Positions 10,324 to 19,691 of a stretch of DNA of 64,000 nucleotides are shown in pieces. The stretch is from the NCBI GenBank assembly GCA_965223155.1, contig CBDCVR010000014.1, positions 64,001-128,000 on the forward strand, written 5' to 3'. A model generated the notes under the pieces. The model ran no database searches. It was given only the letters and a program-made list of their open reading frames with translations, and was not told where the DNA came from. Made by a program: the position numbers and the translations under genes. Every line of letters begins with the position of its first letter. The stretch's first letter is position 1. Source of the DNA: Candidatus Multivoradales bacterium (lineage in GTDB: Bacteria > Acidobacteriota > Thermoanaerobaculia > Multivoradales > JAHEKO01).

Positions 10324-10989
10324 ATGCCTTGCCGCGCTGTCATCTTTGACATGGATGGCTTGATGCTGGATACCGAACGCCTGCGCAAAAACCTGTATGA
10401 ACGCGTCGCCGCCGAGCACGGCATGACCCTGCCCGAGGGCGTCTACCTGCAAACCATTGGGCGCACGGTGCAGGATTCGCGCATGATTTTCGCCGAACAT
10501 ATGGGGGCGGACTTCCCCTATGAGACCCTGCGCCTCAAACGCCGCGATATGGAGTACGCCTACATCGATCAGCACGGCGCGCCGACCAAGCCCGGCTTGT
10601 CCTCGCTGTTGGATTGGCTAGAAACGCGCGCCACGCCCCGCGCCGTGGCCACCTCGTCGGGCCGGGCCGCGGCCGATCGCCTGCTGCAATCCGCCGGGGT
10701 AAGAGCGCGCTTTGAGATTGTCGTCGGCGGCGATGACGTGGCAAACGGCAAACCCGAGCCCGATCTATTTCTGCTAGCGGCCGAGCGCCTGGGCGTGGCG
10801 CCTTCCGATTGCGTCGTGTTGGAGGATTCTGGCCCCGGCATTCGCGCCGCGCATCGCGCCGGCATGACGCCGATCCTGGTGCCCGATCTGCAGCAGCCGA
10901 CAGACGAGGTGCAAGCGCTCGCCCATCGCGTCTGCAAATCACTACACGAAGCGCAAGCTGTGCTGATGACTCTGCTCGCGCCACACTAA
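10324..10989 (+). CDS. HAD-family phosphatase (beta-PGM-like)
   Basis: FDMDGLMLDTE, VATSS, GKPEPD, LEDSGPG; GAGGAG RBS. Confidence 0.92.
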   Translation: MPCRAVIFDMDGLMLDTERLRKNLYERVAAEHGMTLPEGVYLQTIGRTVQDSRMIFAEHMGADFPYETLRLKRRDMEYAYIDQHGAPTKPGLSSLLDWLETRATPRAVATSSGRAAADRLLQSAGVRARFEIVVGGDDVANGKPEPDLFLLAAERLGVAPSDCVVLEDSGPGIRAAHRAGMTPILVPDLQQPTDEVQALAHRVCKSLHEAQAVLMTLLAPH

Positions 10990-11002
10990 CTCAATCATCA
11001 AC

Positions 11003-11902
11003 TCAATCTTCGGGCCGCCAATGCGGAATGCGCGACCTCAAACGCTCGAAGCCAAGTTCCGCCCAAAGCGGATCGACGGCCGCCGCGATGGCCCCGCGAT
11101 AGCGAAACGCCTCGGCGTCGTACTCCGCCGGGGCATCCGTAGCGATGGTGGCGAGCTGCTTCGACAGCCGGGCCTTCTCTTCCTCTGCGTCCAGTTTTTG
11201 CCGCAGCGACTTGGCGCCGCGAATCGGCAGCGTCGCCACGCGGTCGAGGTCCTCGTAAATCGCTTCAAGCGACGGAAAAGCTTGCAGCAGCGCCGTCGCC
11301 GTCTTCGCCCCCACGCCCTTGACGCCGGGAATATTATCCACCGCATCGCCTTGCAAGCCGAGCAGATCGGGAATTTGTTCGGGCCGCACGCCCATGTGCG
11401 CCGCCACCTCCTCCACGCCATAGCGGCGGTCGCGGGCGAAATCGTAAAACGACACGCGCGGCGACACCAACTGCATCAAATCTTTATCATTGGACACCAC
11501 CACGACCGTAGCCCCTTGCTCGACCGCCTGCTGCGCCAGCGTCCCCACGAGATCATCCGCCTCATAGCGCTGGTCGGCGAACACCGGCAACCCCAAGGCC
11601 CGCGCCACCGCCTGACAGTCATGCAGTTGCTGCTCCAACTCGGGAGGCGGCAACTCGCGATTGGCTTTATACGGCGCAAAAAAATCATTGCGAAACGACG
11701 TCGTCAAGCTCTCATCAAACGCCACCGCAGCATGCGTCAGCGGCTCTTGACGCAACAACTGCATGAGAAACGTCGCAAAGCCATACACCGCATGCACCGG
11801 CCGCCCCTGCGCGCTAAGACGCTCCGGCAGCGCAAAATACGCCCGAAACACATACGGCAACGCATCAACCAAATAAAGCACCGGCGCCCCACTTTCCCCC
11901 AT
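11003..11902 (-). CDS. Standalone 5'-3' exonuclease / flap endonuclease
   Basis: LVDA, FRAY, YKANR, YEADD, SNDKD, GDAVDNIPGVKGVGAKTA; no polymerase domain. Confidence 0.92.
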   Translation of the reverse strand: MGESGAPVLYLVDALPYVFRAYFALPERLSAQGRPVHAVYGFATFLMQLLRQEPLTHAAVAFDESLTTSFRNDFFAPYKANRELPPPELEQQLHDCQAVARALGLPVFADQRYEADDLVGTLAQQAVEQGATVVVVSNDKDLMQLVSPRVSFYDFARDRRYGVEEVAAHMGVRPEQIPDLLGLQGDAVDNIPGVKGVGAKTATALLQAFPSLEAIYEDLDRVATLPIRGAKSLRQKLDAEEEKARLSKQLATIATDAPAEYDAEAFRYRGAIAAAVDPLWAELGFERLRSRIPHWRPED

Positions 11903-11934
11903 CTTCCCTTCCTCCCTCTTCTCCTCTTTGTCTT

Positions 11935-11961
11935 CCTTCGCGCCCTTCGTGTCCTTCGTGG
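11935..11961. repeat. Three 9-bp imperfect tandem repeats in a polypyrimidine tract
   Basis: CCTTCGCGC CCTTCGTGT CCTTCGTGG. Confidence 0.75.
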
Positions 11962-12009
11962 ATCCCTCTTCTTTCTTAGGTCTTACATCATACAGCCTCC
12001 CCCGCCGGA

Positions 12010-12038
12010 TTGCCCGCCCTCGCCCCCTGTGCTATGCT
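12010..12038 (+). promoter_or_regulatory. Putative sigma-70 promoter
   Basis: TTGCCC-17 nt-TATGCT with extended TG at 12030-12031. Confidence 0.5.
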
Positions 12039-12086
12039 AGCGCCGCTACCCCAACCCCACACCCGCGCCATAAGGAGCACGCAACC

Positions 12087-12458
12087 ATGGCCGCACCGAC
12101 CCTAGACTTCGACTGGCTCTTAGAGCACGCCACCACCATCGCCTTCGATCCCGCCCGCCCTAGCATCTACGCCTTCAGCTTAGGGCTGTCCCCGGAGGCA
12201 TTGACCACGCACGTGCTGACCCCCATGCAGGCCGCGGGTCTGTTCAACGTCGCCGAGGTCAAAGTGCTCGACGACAACATGCGCGGCCAATACCGCGGTC
12301 AATTGCCGCGCGTCGCCCTCACCGTCTTCGAAGCGGCGGGCTGCCCATGCGGCATCGTCTTAACGTATCACGACCGCTTCAAACCCGACCTGTCCCAGTA
12401 CGAAGCGTGGTCACAATTTTGGCACGCGCGGCAGCTCGCCCAGGCGCAAGGCGCCTAA
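12087..12458 (+). CDS. Hypothetical protein (123 aa)
   Basis: AAGGAG RBS, codon usage like neighbours, upstream promoter; no recognised motif. Confidence 0.7.
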   Translation: MAAPTLDFDWLLEHATTIAFDPARPSIYAFSLGLSPEALTTHVLTPMQAAGLFNVAEVKVLDDNMRGQYRGQLPRVALTVFEAAGCPCGIVLTYHDRFKPDLSQYEAWSQFWHARQLAQAQGA

Positions 12459-12487
12459 CGGCAAATTTTCAACAGGAGATTCAACAC

Positions 12488-13070
12488 GTGGAAACCATTG
12501 GATTCATCGGTCTAGGCAATATGGGCATGGGCATGGCCGGCAACATTCAAAAAGCCGACTACCCCATGGTCGTTTTCGATATTCGCGACGAGATGACGCG
12601 GCCCTTTGTCGACCAAGGCGCCAAGTTGGCGACATCGGCGGCCGACGTAGCGCGGCAAAGCGACATCACCTTCACCTCCCTGCCGGGTCCGGCGGAAGTC
12701 GAAGCCGTCGCCCTCGGCGCCGCTGGCGTCTTGGAAGGCATCCAGCCCGGCGCCGTGTACGTCGACTTATCCACTAGCCGGCCGACGCTCATCCGTCAAA
12801 TTGAGCCCCAATTTCGCGCCAAAGGCGCGCACGTGCTCGACGCCCCAGTTAGCGGCGGCAAGACCGGCGCGGCGACGCGCAACTTGGCGGTCATGGTAGG
12901 CGGCGAGAAGGCGATCTTCGACCGCATTAAACCCGTGCTCGACGCCTTTGGCGACAAGGTTTTTTACGCCGGCGACATCGGCGCCGGCTCCGTCTGCAAA
13001 CTGGTGCACAACATGATCGGTCACGGCATTCGCCAGGCCATCGCCGAGGGCCTGACGTTGGGCGTCAAAG
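12488..13070 (+). CDS. 3-hydroxyisobutyrate/6PGD-family dehydrogenase, 3'-truncated at junction
   Basis: IGFIGLGNMG, DAPVSGG, CKLVHNMI; recognisable homology stops at AEGLTLGVK. Confidence 0.9.
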
Positions 13071-13452
13071 AGCCAGGCCCGGCGCTCTTCGTCGGTCAGA
13101 AGGTACTCGGGGTACATGTCCAGGAACGGCTCGGGCTCGACCGGCAGCTGGGCGAAGAAGTTCGTCGGCTTCTGGTAGACACCGCCGAACCAGGTGGAGT
13201 GAGCCGCGAGATCGACGCCCTCGATCTTCTGCATCCGGTCTTTGTAGGCCTCGGGCAGGAGCCGGATGAGCGAGACCTTGTGCCGCACGATCAAGCGATC
13301 CACGCCGGCGACCTCGACGCCGGCGCTGAAGGCCACTCGCACCGCGGCCAGGTAGCCGAAGAGCATGAAGGCCACCAGAATCGACAAGACCGTGAGCGCG
13401 GTACGCAGCTTGCGCCGCTTCAGGTTCGACAGCAGCAGACGCAGGTACTTCA

Positions 13453-13453
<1 letters not shown>
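13071..13453 (-). CDS. MacB/FtsX-like ABC permease, 3'-truncated at junction
   Basis: NLKRRKLRTALTVLSI N-terminus; homology stops at EERRAWL; abuts ABC ATPase gene. Confidence 0.85.
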
Positions 13454-14150
<697 letters not shown>

Positions 14151-14154
<4 letters not shown>

Positions 14155-15380
14155 TCGGCCTCCTCGGCAATCCTAACGCGTTCGCCGTCTTCCAGATCCG
14201 ACGGCGGCTCCAGGACGACGCTCTCGCCCGCGCTCAGCCCGGCCTCGATGTCTACCCCGGCCTCGTCCCCGCCGGCCACCGTCACCGCGCGCCGCTCCAG
14301 GCGGTCCCCGGCGACCACGAAGACCACGTCCCGCCCGTCCGCCTCGACTACGGCCGCGCCCGGAACGCGAACTCGCCGGGCTCCCGCGACATCCGCCGCG
14401 CCCACCGCGGGCGTCTCGGCCCCCTGGAAGGCAACCTTGACTCCCATGTCGGGCAGGATGCGCGGATCCAACTGGTCGAAACCGACGCGCACCTGGACCG
14501 TAGCCTTCTGTCGGTCCGCGGTCGGAATGATCGCGATCACCCGGGTCGGGATCTTCCAATCCGGATACGCGTCCAGAGTCGCCACCACTCGTTGACCGGC
14601 CGCCACTCGATTGATGTACGCCTCATTGACGTCTACTTCGATCTCGAGAGAGGTCATGTCCACGATGGTGCCGATGCCGGTACGGGTAAAGCCGCCGCCG
14701 GCCGAGGTCGGCGAGATCATCTCCCCGGGCTGCGCGTTCTTGGCGACGATGACGCCGGCAAAGGGCGCCCGGATGACGGTGTCTTCGAACTGCTGGCGGA
14801 TCACTCCCAGGCGCCGCTCGGCCACGCGGATCTCCTCGAGCTGGCTGTCGCGCCGAGCCTCGAGCGCGTTGACCTCGGCCTGGGCCGCGTCCACGCTCTC
14901 CTGGCTGGCGATTCGATCGCCGGCAAGCCGCTCGGCCCGATCCAGATCCAGCTCGGCCTTCGCCAGCCGGACCCGAATCTCCTCGAGGTCCGAGCGGGCG
15001 GCCACCAGCTCGGCCTCGTTCAGCCGCAGCGACGTGCCGACGTTGCTGGCATCCAGCCGGGCCAGGACGTCGCCCTCGGCAACCGCCATACCCTCCTCGA
15101 TCAGAACCTCCAGTACCTTGCCGGTCACTTTGGACGAGACCGTCGCCTGTCGGCGGGCGGTCACGTAGCCGCTGGCGTTCAAGACCGTCGCCGCGCCGCC
15201 GCCGGCCGAAACCTCCCGAGCCGTCGCGACGCGGACTTCGGCGGGGCGCGGGCGCAATGCCCACCAGCCCGCGGCCGCCAGCACCAGGAGCGCCGCGGCC
15301 GCCAGCACCAGGCCACGCCGAGAGCCGGAGCCGGTTTCCTCCGAGCGCTCGATGCGCAGCGCGTCCAGCTTGTCTTTCAT
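14151..15380 (-). CDS. Periplasmic adaptor subunit (MacA-like)
   Basis: N-terminal [16 protein letters not shown], coiled coil, IRAPFAGVI; start at MKDKL or GTG 15389. Confidence 0.9.
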
Positions 15381-15385
15381 CTGCG

Positions 15386-16084
15386 TCACCGAGAGTCCTC
15401 CGCCAAGTCCGGGCCAACCGCGTCCAGGAGCTGGCCGCCGCGGTACAACATCCAGAAGCCGACCATCTGTACGACATGGTACAGGTCGTTGTGGTTGAAA
15501 TGGGAGTGCAGAGACAGGCCGCTCGCTTGGATGAGGGCCGCCACCGCGCTCACCGCGACCGCCCCAACCAGCCAGCGCCCACCGGCCCAGCCCCCGCGGC
15601 TCAAGCTCCAGCCGGTCCAGGCGACGTAGAGCATCGCCGGCGCGTAGGCGGCCAGGACGAAGCGAAAGTCGTCGTGAAACAGCATCCAGAGGGCGTAGCC
15701 GGCGAACAGCAGGCCAAACGAGACAACCGCCAGGCGCCAGCCCTGACGCTGACTCTGGCGCTGACTCTGGCGCTGGCCCCGACTCTGGCCTCCGCCGGCC
15801 AGCATCGCCATGGCCGCCGCCATCAGGAAGCTCGCCAGGCCGACCGCCCAGAAGGTGACGCGCCAGAGCGCCCACACCTGCCCCGGCGTCAGGCGGTGCG
15901 CGAAGCCATGAACCGTGCCGCCCGCGAGCGCTGCCAGAGCGGCCGCCCAGAACGAGCACGCCCACACCGACCTGGGCCGGAGCCACCCGGCCCGCCCCTC
16001 GCCCCGCCGCCAGAGCGACCCTCCGAACCAGGCGCAGAGAGCCGCCAAAGCGTAGTCGGTGAGAACGGTGGTGGGCTCGAGCAT
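15386..16084 (-). CDS. Multi-TM membrane protein (DUF6962-like, possibly CREST-type)
   Basis: EPTTVLTD, GGTVHG, HFNHNDLYH; about 7 hydrophobic helices. Confidence 0.75.
   Translation of the reverse strand: MLEPTTVLTDYALAALCAWFGGSLWRRGEGRAGWLRPRSVWACSFWAAALAALAGGTVHGFAHRLTPGQVWALWRVTFWAVGLASFLMAAAMAMLAGGGQSRGQRQSQRQSQRQGWRLAVVSFGLLFAGYALWMLFHDDFRFVLAAYAPAMLYVAWTGWSLSRGGWAGGRWLVGAVAVSAVAALIQASGLSLHSHFNHNDLYHVVQMVGFWMLYRGGQLLDAVGPDLAEDSR
15743..15790. repeat. 12-bp imperfect tandem repeat within CDS
   Basis: CTGACTCTGGCG units encoding QSRGQRQSQRQSQRQ. Confidence 0.7.
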
Positions 16085-16240
16085 CGACGCTACCGACCGG
16101 CGAGTCTACAGGCCGAGTCTCGGCCGAGAACAACCCCGCCCACGCGGCACCCGCACCCCGTACCCGGGACCCAGCGACCGGTGACGCCGCCCCGGTTGAC
16201 AGCCCCGCCGCCGCGTGCTCGCATAGCTCTCGGAGATCGA

Positions 16241-19200
16241 GTGCAACAGACCGAGCTTCAGTGGGGACCCGAGGCGCGCGCCGTCATCGCATCCGGTCCC
16301 AGGGTGGCGGAGCGCTTCCTGCTGGAGGAGCTGGACCGGATCCTCGACCGGAATCCGTTGGCCTTGCTGGGCGAGCCGGTGCGGCTGGTGGTGCCCTCGA
16401 AGAGTTTCAGACGGCATCTGCTCGAACGGCTGGTCGATCGGCGCGGACGAGCGATCGCCGGCCTGGACTGCGTCACCCACCACGGCCTGGCCTCGCGCAT
16501 CGCCGAAACGGCCGGGGCGGGAGGGCTTGCCTCCGTGGATCTCCTGCCCCTGGTGGCCCGGCGCCTGGCGCGCCGTGAGCGTTCGCTGGCGGCAACTCTG
16601 GACGACCTCGACGACGGCTACGCGGCTATCCTCACCTCGGTCATGGATCTGCTGGACGCGGGCCTGGACGAGGCCCATGTCGAGGCCCTGGTCGAGGCGC
16701 TCGAGGTCGAGGGCCCGGAGGTGGCAACGCGGCTCGAAGTCGAGCGGGCTCAGGCCCTCCTGCGGATCGCGGCCCAGGCCTCTCGCCGGCTGGCCGCCAG
16801 CGGCGCCGGGCGCAACTCGCACCTGCTGGCGCTGGCCGCCGAGCTCGTACAGCGAGCCCCCGAGGTCCTGCCCTCGACCACGGTCCTGGTCTACGGCTAC
16901 AACGACGCCACCGGCCTGACCACGGATCTGTTGCTGGCCCTCTTGAAGAACTACGGCGGCCTGATGGTCCTGGAGGATCCATCCGATCCGGCCGACCCGG
17001 AAACGCCCGACCCGGGACGGCGCTTCGCCCGCAACTTCCGGGCCCACGTCGAGACGGCGGTGCCCATCGAGCGGCTGGCGGAAAGGCCGCCGGAGTCCAC
17101 GCTGGCCCTGTTCGAAGCCGGCGGCACCGAGGCCGAGGTCCGGGAGGTGGCCCGGCGAGTGCAGAGGCTCGTGACTGCCGGCGTACGGCCCGAGCGCATC
17201 GGTGTCGTGGTGCGCCAGCTCGAACCCTACCGGCGCGCTCTCCGGGTCGAGCTCGACCGGTTGGCGGTGCCGTTCTCGGGCGTCGCGCGCTCGGGTCCTC
17301 TGGATCCTCGGGCTCTCGGCTTGACCGGGCTCCTCGACCTCCTCAAGCACCGGGAACGAACGCCGATCGAGCGCTGGCTCGACGCAGCGGGTCTGCGCGG
17401 CGCCGAGCGGGTCGACCTCGAAACCGGCCTCAACTCCCTCGGCGTCGCCCGCCTGGAGGAGGCCGCGCGCCTCGAGCCCGAGCGCTACGTGCACGCCGCC
17501 GGCCTGCCGCTGCCGGTTCGGACCGGCCTGCGAGCCGGCGCCCCCGAGTCCGGCAAGTCCGGCCGGGCCCGGAGCGGCGCCGGCCGCCGCTATCTCGCGA
17601 CCGAGCGTCTGAGCGCCGCCTGCGCTCAGGCGGCCCGGCTGCTCGAGCGCTTTGACGCCTGGGCCAGCGCCAAGCGCTTCGAAGAACACTCCGGCCATCT
17701 TGACGCCATGCTGCGCGACGACCTGAACCGAACCGAGGCCGACAACCCCGAAGCCCACACACCTGGCGGCGAGGTCGATTCCGGTATTGCCGCTGCGATC
17801 GGGGCCTTCGTCGCGAGCGTGCCCGCCGAGACCCGCCTCGACTTCGGCGAGTTCACCCGCCTCGCGGCCGCCGAGCTGCGGAGTTTCGGCGCCACCGAAT
17901 TGGGAGGATCGGGAGCCGGAGTCCAGGTTCTGGACGTCACCGAGGCGCGCTCGCGCACCTTCGAGCATCTGTTCGTGCTGGGCATGAACCGGGGCGTGTT
18001 CCCGCGCGTGGTCAAGGAGGACCCGCTTCTCCCCGACCGGCTTCGAGACGTCCTGGGCCGCCATGGTCACGGTGTCCTGCCCGATCTCCACCGCAAGCTC
18101 TCGGGCTTCGACGAGGAACGCTACCTATTCGCTCAGCTCCTGGGATCCAGTCCGGCAGTCACCCTGTCGTGGCTGGACGTGGATGACGAGCAGAACCTGC
18201 GCACTCCCTCGCCCCTGGTCGAGCGGCTGCGCTGCTCTCCGGGCCCAGCGGCCCGTTCCCCGGCCGGCTCAGCGGACGATGCGGCAGCCGCCGAGGGCGA
18301 ATCCGCCCTGCCGGTGGAGCGAGCACCCGGTCTGCTGCCGCCGGACGCCGCGGACGGCGAGCTCCCCGCCTCGGCGGTCGAGCGCGCCCTGAGCGAAGGG
18401 CTCTACGGCGGCCGGGAGCGCTTTGCCGCGGTGCTGCCTCTCGCCTTCGCGGAGAACCGGGCCGACGGCCGCGCGGGCGCCGCAGCCGAGCACGACACCC
18501 GGGCGCTCGCCGCCGCGCGCGTGCGCCTCCTGGACGAGTACGATCCGGTCCGCGGCACCGAGGCCGGCGAGGCCGCCTACGCCCGCTTGGGACCGTTCTT
18601 CGGACTCGTCGGCGCGGCCAGCGCGGAAGCTGATCCTCGCCACGGAGGCCGGCTCTTCGTGACTACGCTCGAAGCCATCGCGCGCTGCCCCTGGCGCACC
18701 TTCCTGGAGCGCCTCCTGCGGCTCGAGCCCCTACCCGACGCCCTCGAAGCGCTGCCGGCCGTCAGTCCACTGCTGATCGGCAATCTGGTCCACCGCACCC
18801 TCGACTCCATCGCCAACACCGGGCTCGAACGTCGAATCGATTCGGTCGAGGACGCCCGCTCGATCGAGGGTACCCGGCTCGGCTGGCCCAGCGGCGACGA
18901 GCTCGAGTCCCACCTGCGCCGGGCCGCCAAGGCCCTGGCTTTCGACGAAGGCATCGCTCTCGCCGGTTTCGACCGGGTGCTCGCCGACGTCGCCCGCGCC
19001 TATCTGGACGCCGCCCTCGAGACCGACTGGCTGGAGGCCGGCCCGGGCGAGCGTCCCGCCAGCCGCTTTCCGGTGGTGGCCAGCGAGATCTACGGCCGGC
19101 TCGACTGGCCCGAACCGGCGGCGGAGATCGCCTTCAAGGCCGATCGCCTGGACCGCAACGGCGACCGGCTGCTCTTTACCGACTACAAGACCGGCAAGGG

Positions 19201-19690
19201 GCTGCGCGGTCCCCGCTACCAGACCCAGACCCGGCGGCTCCTGATCGATGGCGTGCGCGCCGGCGAGCTGCTCCAGGCGGCCCTCTACGCGCGTGCCGGC
19301 GGCGGCGAGGAAGACGCTGGACGCTACCTCTTCCTGAATCCCCTCCTGCCGCCCGACCGCGAACGGGAAGTCCTGGTGCGCGCCAACGACGACGAGATCG
19401 CCGCGCTCGTCGACCGCGCCGTCGCCGCCACCCTCGGCGCCTGGCGCGAGGGCGCCTTCTTCCCGCGGCTGGCGGAGCCCGACCGCAACGCCGAGCCGGT
19501 CTTGTGTCGCTACTGCGACGTGGCCGAAGCGTGCTTGCGAGGCGACTCGACCCAGCGCGGACGCATTCGAGGCTGGGTCGAGCGCCTTCGCGACGGCGTC
19601 ACGGCCGCCGATGAAGACGGAACCCGCGCCGGGCGAGACCGTGCCGCCACCGCCACCTGGTACCTGGCCGACCCGAGTTTCGAGGCCTGA
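16241..19690 (+). CDS. AddB-like subunit with C-terminal PD-(D/E)XK nuclease and Fe-S cysteines
   Basis: GTG after GGAG; degenerate helicase motifs (ARSRTFEHLFVLGMN, EERYLF), KADRLD..FTDYKTG, LLQAALY, ARCP..CRYCDVAEAC. Confidence 0.85.
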   Translation: MQQTELQWGPEARAVIASGPRVAERFLLEELDRILDRNPLALLGEPVRLVVPSKSFRRHLLERLVDRRGRAIAGLDCVTHHGLASRIAETAGAGGLASVDLLPLVARRLARRERSLAATLDDLDDGYAAILTSVMDLLDAGLDEAHVEALVEALEVEGPEVATRLEVERAQALLRIAAQASRRLAASGAGRNSHLLALAAELVQRAPEVLPSTTVLVYGYNDATGLTTDLLLALLKNYGGLMVLEDPSDPADPETPDPGRRFARNFRAHVETAVPIERLAERPPESTLALFEAGGTEAEVREVARRVQRLVTAGVRPERIGVVVRQLEPYRRALRVELDRLAVPFSGVARSGPLDPRALGLTGLLDLLKHRERTPIERWLDAAGLRGAERVDLETGLNSLGVARLEEAARLEPERYVHAAGLPLPVRTGLRAGAPESGKSGRARSGAGRRYLATERLSAACAQAARLLERFDAWASAKRFEEHSGHLDAMLRDDLNRTEADNPEAHTPGGEVDSGIAAAIGAFVASVPAETRLDFGEFTRLAAAELRSFGATELGGSGAGVQVLDVTEARSRTFEHLFVLGMNRGVFPRVVKEDPLLPDRLRDVLGRHGHGVLPDLHRKLSGFDEERYLFAQLLGSSPAVTLSWLDVDDEQNLRTPSPLVERLRCSPGPAARSPAGSADDAAAAEGESALPVERAPGLLPPDAADGELPASAVERALSEGLYGGRERFAAVLPLAFAENRADGRAGAAAEHDTRALAAARVRLLDEYDPVRGTEAGEAAYARLGPFFGLVGAASAEADPRHGGRLFVTTLEAIARCPWRTFLERLLRLEPLPDALEALPAVSPLLIGNLVHRTLDSIANTGLERRIDSVEDARSIEGTRLGWPSGDELESHLRRAAKALAFDEGIALAGFDRVLADVARAYLDAALETDWLEAGPGERPASRFPVVASEIYGRLDWPEPAAEIAFKADRLDRNGDRLLFTDYKTGKGLRGPRYQTQTRRLLIDGVRAGELLQAALYARAGGGEEDAGRYLFLNPLLPPDREREVLVRANDDEIAALVDRAVAATLGAWREGAFFPRLAEPDRNAEPVLCRYCDVAEACLRGDSTQRGRIRGWVERLRDGVTAADEDGTRAGRDRAATATWYLADPSFEA

Positions 19691-19691
19691 G

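Noticed and set aside
15390-16133. N-terminal extension of the 660-aa adaptor ORF
   Set aside because: Off-frame overlap with the 15386..16084 membrane protein gene
16196-16224. TTGACA upstream of the AddB-like gene as a promoter
   Set aside because: The -10 at 17 bp (TCGCAT) lacks the key A; too weak to call
15257-16240. N-terminal extension of the 1477-aa ORF
   Set aside because: Antisense to real genes, Pro/Arg-rich; GTG 16241 has an RBS
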